Shown: in pieces, positions 12,247 to 25,034 of the stretch
Position numbering within the stretch: position 1 is the stretch's first letter
Layout: each line of letters begins with the position of its first letter
Source of the DNA: Octopus bimaculoides
Lineage: Eukaryota
Direction: 5' to 3'
Assembly (NCBI RefSeq): GCF_001194135.2
Contig: NC_068982.1
Coordinates: 75,501,534-75,565,533 of the forward strand
Length of the DNA stretch: 64,000 nt
Position numbers and translations under genes: made by a program
Notes under the pieces: model-generated
The model's input: only the letters and a program-made list of their open reading frames with translations
The model's database searches: none
Told to the model about the DNA's origin: nothing

Positions 12247-12439
12247 TCAGTAATGGTACTGATTCTTCATTCCATTTTTCCTAATTGTTGCATACAAATG
12301 TCGGGCATCTTGAGAAGAGCTTGAAGACTCCGAGGCACTGGTGCAGTTGGGCTCAAGACCATCGAATGAAGACCACGAACTACTTTTCCTAATGCGCCTT
12401 GCTTTCTCAGGGCTGACAAAACGTACATGTCTTTGGGAA
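12247..12439 (-). CDS. CIT: Citron kinase terminal coding exon, (G)SQRHVRFVSPEKARRIRKSSS...KNQYHY*
   Basis: Acceptor ccttgtttcag; phase 2 matches the upstream donor; open frame to TGA at 12247-12249. Confidence 0.85.
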
Positions 12440-13682
12440 CTGAAACAAGGGAGGTGAAAAAAGATGAAAATAAAAATTTAATGGGAAATTGCTAAGGAAG
12501 TTAGTCTTCTTTTCAATGACAAATAAGAAACCAATAAAACATAGAACATATAAAATGATAAATTTGATGGGCTCAATTTTCTACTTACATTACAGCCTTG
12601 TAGATCAATCTCTCTTTATCTAATTATGATCTATTTAGACTGGAAATGACTCCTGTAGTTACCAGTAAAAGAAGTGAGAAAACTTTATATCATGTATGAG
12701 GAAATGACCAGAACATAAATAGAAGCTGGAAGTGGATTTCTTACTTCTTTGAATTCTCAAAAGCATAAAAGGTATATGACAGTTTCTCATTTCTTTATAC
12801 AGTTCTTTACATTTTTATTGAAGTCTGCAAGGTCTTTAGAGCTGCAGGGGTTGGGTAGTGTGGGCAGACAAGGCAGTGCTCTATATGGTCAGTATCTCCA
12901 CATTCAGAGATAGTTGGGTTGTTCTTGTAGCCCCATCTGCCCAAAGCAACTCACGATTGTCTCATTCTTGTCCTCAGGTGGTTGAGTGTTTTCCATTGAA
13001 TCTATGGTGCTTCTGAGCCAGGGAAGGAGGGAAGGGGGCTCTTATGTCAATTGCAAGAGGGTTGTTCTAAAGCATTTTCATTCAGAGCTTCAGTCTCATT
13101 TCTTCCTCAGATGTTGTCAGGGCTGGACATGGCTGGGAAAGCTTCTCAACTTCAGTCACTGAGCCAGGGGTTATGTCATGGAGGAAGTAATTTCTGTCAT
13201 CTTGACTGGTCATTTCCTGTTTGATATTAGTAGGGGGTAATACCAGCAAGGAAGTACAGGATGTTTCTGATAGTGGGTTTCATGTAACCAGTAACCAACT
13301 ACTTAAATTTTAAAATTGCAAGTAAATCCTTCCTTCAAATATGCAAGCATGGAAAAGTGGACATTAAAATGATAAAAATTTCACACACACATGCACAGAT
13401 AGAAAAAAAGAGTAAATTACACAGACATAAACACACATATACATGTGTTTATGTGTGTAATGTGTAACACACACACATATATATACTGGAAAAGAAAAGA
13501 TACTAATCTATACAACAGAAAAATACCTGTGCTTCTTCATTAACCTACCTGAGGCCACTCTGGCTTTATGATAAAAACATCTTGTTTTAAAGTGAACGAA
13601 ATCAAGACCTTTGATCAAAACTTCATGTTAATTAATGTTCCAAATACCAGTTTAATAATGGCAAAGTTATTTTACTAAACAA

Positions 13683-13756
13683 CTGAAGAAAGCCTCCATG
13701 GAGATATGCATGGTAGCTGAAGAAAGCCTCCATGGAGATATGCATGGTAGCTGAAG
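13683..13756. repeat. Perfect 34-bp tandem duplication (2.2 copies)
   Basis: CTGAAGAAAGCCTCCATGGAGATATGCATGGTAG twice, then CTGAAG. Confidence 0.95.
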
Positions 13757-15715
13757 CCAGCTCCTAGTGGCTGTGGTTGACAAGAGACTGCAGATGGAAC
13801 CCTTTTGCAGGCAAAGCATTCAGGCTAAGGGGCAAAATGCTTGTGACTCTGAGGTGCCTGCTGATGATATGGAAGTTTCCAACACTGCAATGAATTCAGA
13901 AAGAGCTTGCAAACCCATGAGGAGTTCATGCAGTTTCTGTGTGGGGCAGAGCAACTAGAATGTTTATTTCACCTTCATTATTATCAAAATTAATTGAAAC
14001 AAAGACAGTGTATTTCAAAATAAATTTCAGGACAAAAGGGTTAAACTAGGTGAATGAAAAATCATTGCTGTGAAAGGTATCAGCTCACTGTGCTTCAAGT
14101 CTAACACAGTGTCACAACATAGAGTAGTAATAAATACAAACATGCAACAGTAGTAATAGTGATACACAAATAATTGGTGCAGTTGAGGTGACCACACAAG
14201 TCTGTTCCTTGATAACAAATACAAAAAATTCAATGAACTTGTGATACAAACTAGTGAAGGAAACACTTGAGTTTCAAAACTCATCTCAAAAATACTATAA
14301 ACATCAAATGGTGCTCAACAGGAAAATAAACATACCTCTTCTATGTTCTCAGAGACATAATTGATTGCTGTTTTGAATAAGATAGAAAATATACATTCCA
14401 CAATAACCTTTTCTAATTAAGTCAGGGGTATTGATGATCGGGTTGTTTGGTGTCATAAAGTCATAAAGCAAGAAACTTGTCTAGGATGACAGGAATCTTC
14501 ACATTTAGAGAAAAGGAAATACAAAATACATGGGATTCCTCTTAAGTTCATCAAGGGACATAAGTGAAGCAGTTCCAAGTGAGAACAGATCCCAGATTAA
14601 GTTTGTCAAAGACATATCAAGGCTTGCTGTTAACATTAGTAAAAAATTAATCTGTCACTACTAAACATCCTACAAAATAGTCACTTCAAAGTCACTATCA
14701 GCAGTGGAGCCGAAAAAGCCAACAAACTGGCAGAGTCAATAGAGAGTCAGATACAATGCTTCATGGTATTTGTTCAAGCTCTCTCTGTGCTCAGAGTTCA
14801 AAGTCTCACCAAGGTCAATTTGGTCTTTTATCCTTTTGGACTTGATAAATAAAGTATCAGTCACATAGAGTTGTTTTATTTCCTCTCTTTTGAAATTGGA
14901 TATGCTGACAGGGGCCAAGAAAGAAGCACCCACAGTGTGGCTTCATCAATCCTTTCACTTGTGGACTTGCTAATAAAGAAAGAGAGCAATGGAAGCAAGG
15001 TAGTTTCAAAAGAATATTGCTGCCAGCAGGAGAGACACAAAGCTGTCTGAAACAGAAATATGGTACTGGCAGTAACAGAATGCAACTCTGTTGGCTCCAA
15101 GCATTAAAAGTGCAATCTTACCAGCAGCAGAAATGCAGTGCCGCCAACAGCGGGAATGCAGTGTTGCCAACAGTAGAACTACAGTGTTATCAAAGCCAAA
15201 AGCAGAGGTACAGTTCTCTCATCATCAGCTGAGATACAGCAATATTAGCAGTATATATAATAAAGTCATTTCAGGGCACAAAGTTGGTGATAATTGGATC
15301 AAGGTATAAGAATAAAGAAACAAGAACGGTTTCATTTAATTGCCAGAGTTTAATTACAAAACAAAAAAAAGAAATTGATTTGAATTTTGTAGGCAATGAA
15401 ATGCACAGTGGTATTTCAGTTAGAGATTCTATAATGTGTAAACCTGAGAAATAGCAGTCCTCAATGTGAAATTTTCATTAAGAGAACAATTAAGACAAAA
15501 AAATGAACTGAAAATTACAGCTTGAATAGTAAAAGACAGACAAAGAGGTACACACACACATACACACACACACACACACAAACACAAATACAAAGCAGGT
15601 TTCTTTCAGTTTCCATCGACCAAATCCATTCACAAGGTTTTAATTGGCCCAGGGCTATAGTAGTGTAGTGGATTTGAACCTAAAACCAAGAAGTTGGAAA
15701 ACAAAATTACATGCA

Positions 15716-15718
<3 letters not shown>

Positions 15719-15776
<58 letters not shown>
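15719..15776. repeat. (TA)n microsatellite
   Basis: Long TA run. Others at about 24981-25032, 38717-38746 and 42214-42426. Confidence 0.95.
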
Positions 15777-15779
<3 letters not shown>

Positions 15780-17126
15780 GGGAGAGAGAGAAAGTAAAAG
15801 ATACACACATATAATAGAAGATGCAACAGCAGAAAGCACCATCTAGAGACAATAAGTCCATAACCATCTTTCCCTTCTCTCCTCTCACCCTTACTGCCAA
15901 AAATAGTTCTGCCAACCTACTTAAACAGAAACAATAGTTTCTATTTCAGTTCACTTGAGAACAAAATTGTCATTTAATGCTATTTAATTATTTTATTGGA
16001 AACACACATACACACACACGTACAGAGTTGGCTGCTTGGTAGTTGAAATGTGATCAATAAAAGACAAGCATCAAGAATTTACTGAGCTCCAGATAAAGGC
16101 AAACTGTATTATCTAACTGGATATTGAGAAGTGGAATCCAGTCAGTCAAGACAAAAAGTGGACAGCTGGCTACTACTATGTCCAATTTAGTTTTGCTACA
16201 AGTAGATTACATGTCAATAACATGAACAATACATTCATTCACCATTATTAATATAGGCTTGGCTGTGTGGTGAAGTTCACTTTCCAACCACGTGATTTTA
16301 GGTTGTGTGGCACTTTGGGCAAATGTCTACTATACCTTGGGTTGACTAAAGCCTTGTGAGTATATTTGGTAGGAAGAAATAAAAAGAAGTCTGTTGTGTG
16401 TGTGTGTGTGTGTGTGTGTGTATAATCATAATCCCTTAACGTCCATTTTCCATGCTGGCATGGGTTGGATGGTTTGATCAGAACTGGCAAGTCAGAGAGT
16501 TGCACCAGGTTCCAGTTTGATTTGGCTTGGTTTCTACAGCTGGATGCCCTTCCTAATACCATCCATTTTACAGTGTGTGCTGGGTGCTTTTAACATGGCA
16601 TTGGTATGAGTGCTTTTACATGGTACCAGCACAAGACTCTTGCAGACCAATCCTCTTCATCAGGGAATGTGGCCTTAACACTTCTACTGTAGAGGATGGG
16701 TCTTCTTGAGTACAGCAAGGCGCCAAGTATCTTGGTCCTTTGTCAGTTCATACAAAAGGTTAAGCATCCTGAGGTTGTCACATACACACACACCTATATT
16801 CAATAAGCAGATAGTTTTAAACAAGCATTAGCCTCAGATCAGACTGGAGCCTGGTGCAGCCATCTGGTTTGCCAGTCCTCAGTCAAATCATCCAACCCAT
16901 ACCAACATGGAAAGCGGACGTTAAACGATGATGATGATGATGAACTTAAGGGAATGTTCCCTCAATGATAGATAGTAAAAAAATTTCTATTTCATAACAT
17001 GATTATCACAAACAAAGGATTGTATGAAGAATCCAATCCTAAACATTCAAGAACTGATACTTCAATCTAACCTCAAAGTTTGATGCCAAACTTTGAAAGG
17101 GGAGAGATAAAATAATTTCAACTTAC

Positions 17127-17321
17127 CCTGGAAGAGCATCATCATCAGGATCTACATCAGTGTCCCAGTTGTCTTCCTGCTGAACCTGGTCATGATTGCC
17201 ACCACGCAAACACAATACCTCTGTACGTTGCTGGCAGATGTAAGCGAAAAATGCAGAGCCCATCCCTGGAGCCCTACCCAGATAACGAGGTCTCACTTTT
17301 ACAAATGACATTTGCTTTCCT
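17127..17321 (-). CDS. CIT: Citron exon, end of CNH domain (GKQMSFVKVRPRYLGRAPG...DDDALPG)
   Basis: Acceptor ttcttctttacag, donor gtaagt; PRYLG motif of the Citron CNH; phase 2-2. Confidence 0.92.
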
Positions 17322-18799
17322 CTGTAAAGAAGAAAAATAGATGAATGAGAGAGAGAGAGAATTTCATATTCAAAAAAAGTTACTGGATACCAAAGAATTC
17401 TTTGAAATCAACAAACTTATAGCTGAGTAGTTAAATCTATTGAACTGTTGTATCCAGTTGTTCAGCCAGTAATCAATAGCTCAAATCCTACTACTGACTT
17501 CATACCTCAAGAGTCAGAACGAATATGTTAATAACCACTAGGAATTGAGTGAAGTAGATCAAGGTCCAGTCAGTAAAACCTTAAAGTTAACTCAAAGTGT
17601 AAGGAAAGCCACTTTCATGCAACAATGACTAATTTTGGTAAATATAAGTGAGAAATAAATGAAGATTGATTAGCAAATCCAATTCTTAGAAGAGTTGTCT
17701 GAAAATTAATGTCTCTCTGAACACCATTAGAAACATACATTCAGCACACAGTTTTGCTTTATGAGGTATGCAAAGCTCTAAAAGCTTTCTTCAAATTTTG
17801 TTGAAAAAAAAAAAAAAGAAAGTAATTGATTTCACCCTTTAGAATGATTGTTGATCCCTACCAATTTGTTGTTATATTTAACAAGAGTCAAGATGTAATA
17901 GTTTCCTGAATTTTGACAGTCAAATTAATAATCTTTTGTACTCTAGGGACAAGGCTCGAAATTTTTGGGGAGGAGGCTAGTCGATTAGATTGACCCCAAA
18001 TACTAAACTGGTATTTAATTTGTTGACCCCAAAAGGATGAATGTAAAGTTGACCTTGGTGGAATTTGAACTAAGCATTTCGTCCGGCGTGCTAATGTTTC
18101 TGCCAGCTCGCCACCTTTGACAGTCAAATTAATGTAGGTGAGATGACTGTACCTTATTTCAGTCATTGAATTGTGGACATGTTGTGACACAACTTTGAAG
18201 GGATTAGTCATACAAATCGACCTCAGTATTTATTTAAAGCTTACTACTTATTCTATTGGTACCTTTTTGTTGAACTGCTAATTTATGGAAGGTACAAAGA
18301 AATCAACACCTGTTGGGAAGTAGTAGGGGACAAACTCAAACACATACCACTTTCTGTTTACCAAATTTACTAACAAGTTGACTTAGGACTATAATACAAG
18401 ACACTTGTCCAAGGTGACACTCAATGGAACTGAACCCAAACCCATGTGGTTGCAAAGTGAATTTCTTAACTATACAACCATTCTAAACTTAACAATGCCA
18501 GTAATTGCGTGTCTGAGCTCTTGACTTCCTTTTTTTTTCTTTTTGTTAATTCATTGTGCTGCTAATCTTTATTTGCATCAGTTAACACTTCTACCTTAGG
18601 ATTGAATAGTTGGCATTGATCAAACAACTGCAATTTGAAACAGAATTAGACTGCTTAGTAATTGATGTCTTTCAAGATTAGATTATGTTCATTAAAACAT
18701 CTAAACATTTGGATTGAAGAGTTGTGAAAAAAATTAATTTCTTCAAGCATCTGATGCAAACCGTATTTACATAGAAAACAAATGTAAAAATCCATCCAT

Positions 18800-19385
18800 C
18801 CATCTATCTCTGCTCACTGTTCCTGGGAAGGTTGTGGGGGTAGAGACCCCAGGCATCTCCTCCATAGAGTCCTTTCAGAAGCAGTGGGATTTCCAGGTGT
18901 GACCAATTGAAACTATGGATATTATCCAACCATCTCACACTTAGTCTACTCCCAGGTCTCCTGTCAATTAGCCTGGCTTGAAGAATCTGTCTTATGATCC
19001 TTTCCAATGACATTCTAACCACATCCATGTATTAGAGCAATGACCTCTCAATGCAGAGAGGTAGTAGCTTGACCTGGGGAGATTCACTGATCTCCAAGCT
19101 ATGCACTCTGTCAAGTAGTGTTACTAGTGGTCCTTTGAAAGAGCCTCATTTCAGCTGCTTGTTTTTGGCCAAAACCCAACATTCATGACCATAGAAGTGG
19201 ACAGGCAGAAAAACCGAATTGATGATAGCAAGTTTGCCTCTTTTACCAACCTCTCCTCTTCTGAGATATGAATACTAGAGCTGGTGCATTACTGTGCCAG
19301 CACCTGCAATTCTAGCATTCAGTTCAGCCTTCTACTTCCCATCACTTGTGAATATGGCCCTGAGATAGTTCAAATTCTCCAAATG
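18800..19385 (-). mobile_element. Decayed RTE-clade LINE ORF2 C-terminus
   Basis: Translation ...TLLDRVHSLEISES...VVRMSLERIIRQILQAR...RRPGSR.SVRWLD matches the RTE C-terminal pattern (GHV.RM...GRP..RW.D). Confidence 0.65.
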
Positions 19386-19540
19386 TAAAACTAAAAATCT
19401 TTATTAAAAAAAAATATGATTTAGAAAGAACAAGGAGTGAAATAAAATGAAGAGAAAACAAATAAGTAAACACTATTGGGTGGGGCAGGATTTGATTCAC
19501 TTTAACAACAACACCACAAGGAATAACAAACATTGCTTAC

Positions 19541-19622
19541 TTTATCTGGCTTCTGTTCATGGGGATGTTAATGGCCTGAACAAAGTTGAAGTAAGTGACA
19601 AAGAGATAGGGGTCATGATAGG
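19541..19622 (-). CDS. CIT: Citron exon, CNH ((A)YHDPYLFVTYFNFVQAINIPMNRSQI)
   Basis: Acceptor ctctctgtttctag, donor gtaagc; similar to the Citron AYREPYLFVTHFN motif; phase 1-2. Confidence 0.95.
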
Positions 19623-19782
19623 CTAGAAACAGAGAGAAAAGCATTATTACTATTATAATAATGTTAAGTAGAATGAAAATGAGAAAGTCAGAGTGTGTGT
19701 ATACACACACACAGTGACAGTAAAAATAGACATTTCAGTTGAAAATGAATAACTGCTAAAACATAAGACTTTAGCATCATAC

Positions 19783-19863
19783 CAAATGTCAAAGGTACAC
19801 CACTCCATCTTAAGTTATTTGACCGACTTCTACGACCTCTATAGTCCACATAAACACCGAATT
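19783..19863 (-). CDS. CIT: Citron exon, CNH ((E)FGVYVDYRGRRSRSNNLRWSGVPLTF)
   Basis: Acceptor tatcttcag, donor gtatga; hallmark CNH EFGVYVD..GRRSR motif; phase 1-1. Confidence 0.96.
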
Positions 19864-21376
19864 CTGAAGATAGAACGAAAAACAAAAATTACTTTCAATA
19901 GTGCAAAACGATAAAGATAGATAAAAAGGTTTTATTTGTGACAAAAGAATAATAAAATTGCCAGTTTCAAATTAAAGATCACATTTATTTCCTTTGTTGG
20001 ATCTAAATAAATAATTTAAAATGGTTGAAAAAAAATACAAAAAAGCAGCATAATTTTGCTTTCTGATACAGAAAGAATCCCACTAGCAATGAAAAGGAGA
20101 AAAAAATTTCAACTTCACTGCAAATTGCAAAAGAACAATTTGCAAATTCTTTGAAATTATTATTAGTATGATTGCAGCATTTTCTCAATCCAGTTTTGTC
20201 GAAGATTGCAGTATCCTCATCATCATTGTTTTAACATCCACTTTTGCATGGGTAAGATGGAGTTTGAAACAGATTTTCTATGGCCGGACGCCCTTCCTGT
20301 TATCAACCTTTACCTGTTTCCATGCAAAGTAATATTTCTCCATAGCCAGACATGTTTACACAAAACATTGGAAATAAATGACAGACATTGATTTCCAACT
20401 ATCATGCAATATCAAGACAAGGAGACACAAACATATACATGCACACAGACATATTGTACATTTTGTAGAGTACATATTTAATATACCTTTACAAAAAAGG
20501 AATGTCATCAAAGTTATGGCCTACTAGCCTTCATCAGACTGTGTTACATTTGGGTTTATCTTGGCTTTATATAGTCTCTGATAAGTTGTTTTTTCTGGGA
20601 TAGGTGCAGCTATGTGGAATGGTGATTAGGCTTGGTGTATGTACATCTGGGAAGTAGGTGGGGTGGTAGATAAGGGTAAGAGGCAAATATGTTAATAGGA
20701 TGTGTACTGATGGAAATATATTAGAGGATTTAGAGTTGTGTTACTGTTCGGTCAAGCCTTATTGATCTATGAAAATAGACAATGACATTATTCGGAACTT
20801 TGTTAAAACAAAGAATTGTAAGAAAAATTTATGTCCTAAAGGGGTTCTTTACAGATATCAAGTTTACAAAGTAAATTAATATTGCTTGTGGTCTTAAACA
20901 ATTATGTTAAACAAATAATAAAAAAAATTATTTTCAAAATAGAAGAATTAGGTGTAAGTATAGCTGTGTGGTTAAGAAACTCACTTTGCAGCTGTGTGGT
21001 TTTGGGCAAGTATCTTCTACTTTGGCCCTGGACTGATCAATGCATAGTGAATGAAGCTGAGAGGCAGAAACTGTGTGGAAATGTGTTGTGTGTGTGTGTG
21101 CATGTGTTTATCCTCCCTCCATAATAACCTGACAACTGGTGTTGGTTTGTTTATATTCCAGTAACTTATTGGATTGGAAAAAGTGACTGACAGAATATCA
21201 TATTTAAAAAAATGAACTGGGAGTAGATTTATTCAACTAAATCCTTTAAGGTGATGCTCCAGCATGGCCACAATCCAATGACTGAAACAAGTAAGAGCTA
21301 TGCACTGACACAAAAATATACAAATAAAAATACACACACAAGTTAACATGATGAACAATAAAAGTAAATTACTAAC

Positions 21377-21496
21377 CATAATAGCAGAGCAAGAATTCTA
21401 GTGGCGCTCCTTGTGGAGAAATTTTCACAACATTCAAAGGTAAGCTTGTATTGTCATATATACATTTAAAAGATGGATCCTTGCTGTCTAAATATT
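21377..21496 (-). CDS. CIT: Citron exon, CNH ((E)YLDSKDPSF...LEFLLCYY)
   Basis: Acceptor ttatttcag, donor gttagt; phase 1-1; similar to the CNH EFLD..D.S...EYLLCF segment. Confidence 0.93.
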
Positions 21497-23417
21497 CTGA
21501 AATAATTAACAAATATATTATATTTGTTTTTTTCATAATTACACACAGATATTTAAATATAAGAATCAATAGAAAGTTAAACAATTGACTGTAAGTAGAA
21601 CAATGGAATTGGCGTGCCTAGTAAGTAGAGTGATGGACTAAATCATTTATGTATCTGGTTCAGTGTCTTAGTTCTGAATGAAAATTCTTCAGAAGCCAGT
21701 TTTTTCTTTCTAGAGACAGTTATGTCTCTAGAAAGAATGTCAGTTACATAACTGACATTCAATACCATATATTACTGGTATTTAATTCCTTATCATAAAT
21801 ATATTGCTGTTGATACAGAAACAATGTGCTGCTTATAGTAAAACTTCAACATCATTTTGTAAAGTATCAGTGTGTGTGTGTATAAAAAAATTATCTTAAT
21901 TCTTTTGATAGCAACCTGCCTGAGACTGCTCCTGGTTCTCTAGTATAAGCTTCCAGTTTTAAAGTTATCTAAATTAAAATCTTCCATCAAAATTTCCTGT
22001 TAACCTGTTTCAAACACCAATTTAATTTGTACATAAAATGTGAAATAGAACCAGTGCATGTTTGGAACATAAATATTTTACTAAATTCTTTATTACTTTC
22101 AAAATTAAATGAAACAAAGCTAGTATATTTCAACAGAAATATTATAACAAAAAGATTAAAATATTCAACAGAATAAACTTTTATATACAAACTGAAAAGC
22201 AGATTTTAATTAGAGAGCTGATATAGCTATATCATTGCCTTTTCATTAAATTTCCATTGCATTCCTCCCATAAGGCAAATTGAGCAGTGAAATCCTAGTT
22301 TCTCATCAATTATCAGTAATTAAATATCTGTTGGCACTAACCCATTGAATATGTTAGGGTTAATAATAAATTTATGATGAGAAATGGTACAAAAATTCAA
22401 CAAAACAGCAGATTTGAAAATATAGAAAATGTTTGGTCTGTATATAAGGTTTGATGTATAGATGGTTTGGGATAGTAAATTAGTGAAGTTGTTAAAGTGT
22501 TGGATAGAATGTTGCATGGTATTAGCTCCGAGTTCAAATCCTGCTGAAGTCAATTTTATGTTTCAACCTTTCAAGGTCAATAAAAACAAACCAATTCAGA
22601 TTAGTGTACTGGCAGACATGTAAGAAAATTGAACTAAATGCTTTGCAGAATTTGTTCTGTCCCTATGTGTCTGAGCTCAAATCCAGCCAAGGCCTATTTA
22701 GATAATAGACTTAACTCAATACCTAGTTTAACACCACCATCTGGCACCTTTAGATCCCACTCTGTAGTAAGCATTTAGGTTGGGTCTCCGGTTTCAGGAT
22801 ACTTTCCTCCTTCTCTCCTTCTAGACTTGGAGGCCTTGTAAAGAGTCATAAACAGTGATCTTCCCTCCTCCTCCGCATCATCATTTAATATCAATGTTCC
22901 ACACTGGCATGGGTTAGATGGTTTGACAGGATCCAATGGCTTCAAGGACTGCACTGTGCTCTAGCATCTGCTTGGACTGGTTCCTACAGCTGGATGCCCT
23001 TCTTAACAACTATTTTACAGAGTGTACTAGATGCATTTTGTTTTTTACCACCAGTATTAGTGATGTTGCCATGTAGCTTGCAAGGCTCTGAGCCCTGAAT
23101 GGCAGGTAGATAACTTTATGCTAGAAGATTAGGAATGGAAAGTGGGTAAAGCATGAGAGAAAATTACTGGAACAGAGCAGCTTACTTGCTGTAGAGGAAT
23201 GACATTACTACATTCATTTTACAAGAGGGCTAGAGAGGTAGGAAAGCTAGAAAGTGATATAAATGATAATGAGGTAGAAATGAGTAGAGAAGAGATGCTA
23301 TAAAAGAAAAAAATAGCTTATATGAAAAGGAAAGCTACAGAAAGTAAATATATATTCAGGGAGAAACTATTGTTCAGTTGTTTCAAGTAGTTAGAGTCGA
23401 ATAGAAGTTTTATTTAC

Positions 23418-23529
23418 CTTTCAAAGATGGATTTTCAAAATCAATGCACATAAACTGGTCAGTGCCAACAATGGCAAATTTATCTGCAACACACACACAA
23501 CTGCAAGGTTCAGCAATGATATTAAATTC
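23418..23529 (-). CDS. CIT: Citron exon, CNH (EFNIIAEPCSCVCVADKFAIVGTDQF...)
   Basis: Acceptor ttcttctcag, donor gtaaat; EPCSC motif; phase 0-1. Confidence 0.95.
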
Positions 23530-24052
23530 CTGAGAAGAAATAGAAAGGAGAGAGAAAAAAAATTAAGTCTTTCTTCTTGACAGTATCAAAACAACCATAA
23601 TTATTTTAAAGTCAACTTTTCCATGCATGCATGTGTTGAAGAACTTTCTTTTTCCAACTCTCAAAATATTTCTCCATGGCCAAACATATGTAAGTGAATG
23701 ACACTGCTTGTATGACAGTGATACTCATTTACAACTATTACACAATGTCAAAACAAAGGGATACAAACACCCACACATATATGTACATCTCTCTCTCCCC
23801 ACACACACACATTTATACAACAGGCTTCTTAAAGTTTCCATCTACCAAATTCACTTGCAAAACTTTGTTTGGCCCAGGGCAATAGTAGAAGACACTTGCC
23901 CAAAGTGCCATGTAGAGGGGCTGAACTTGAGACCATGTGGTTGGTAAGCAAACTTCTTAACCATGGAGTCATACCTATACCTTAAATTAGAAATGAGGAG
24001 ACAAGTCTGATAATGAATTTATGTAATTTAAAATAGCAATATTGCAATTTAC

Positions 24053-24285
24053 CTTTCGGACGCAAAACTGATCCAATCCATGGTTGTATTTCATGAGGAC
24101 AATTCTGTCAATCATGCCAGCACAAAGGTAAACACATTCCTCCCACATGCCAACATCAAACACTGTACAACGGATAACTTTGTCTAAAGTGTCATAAGGG
24201 ATAGGGTTGGACTGGTTTGGCAACTTATGGAAATGCTTGTTCTTAAGGCTTTTTTTCTTAATTGCTATTAATGCACGATCTTCTC
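24053..24285 (-). CDS. CIT: Citron exon, CNH ((G)EDRALIAI...LMKYNHGLDQFCVRK)
   Basis: Acceptor caatttccag, donor gtaaat; open frame of 77 codons; phase 1-0. Confidence 0.95.
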
Positions 24286-24988
24286 CTGGAAATTGAAACA
24301 ATTTGAACACAATGAGAGATAACATGAGAAACTTTGCATAAAAATATTTAAAATTCTAAATTCCCAGTCTACTAGTATAGAATGGATACTGCCAACATTT
24401 TAGATATTTGTTTGTTATTGTTATTTAGACCTAGATCTGATCTCATTGAGTAGATCTTTAACCAAAGATAATCCAATGTTGACTATCTTTTTGAATAAAT
24501 TAGTCAATGTTATCCAATGTATTGTTTCTTACTTTTTATAAAGATGGCAACATGTATGCCAGGAATTTGGTATCTATTTCTAGCAGGCTGAGGTTCCCTT
24601 AGAAGTTGATGGAATAAGTGGTTAACAGCTTGTTCTGCTCATATACAATAAATAAGCATAAAGCCAAAGAAGAATTTGTATGGTTGTCATCGCTGCTGCT
24701 GGTGCCACCACCACCAGTGAACATTTAGGTCTGTCATGAGTCACAAGGCTCATAAGGCCAGAATTTAACCTGGTTTCCATGGCTTTCCCTCTGAACAGTA
24801 CACTGGTCCATCACAAGCAATGAACTTTGACTAGATTTAAATAATCTCATTGATGAAAATGGTTTTAATTTGTTCCAATTACACAGATTAAATTATACAA
24901 AACCAGGGAGTCTGTGTAAAAATGGCAAAGGAACAACAACAAAAGCATGAAATACTGATATAATAAAGTATATTTTTTAAACAACACG

Positions 24989-25034
<46 letters not shown>

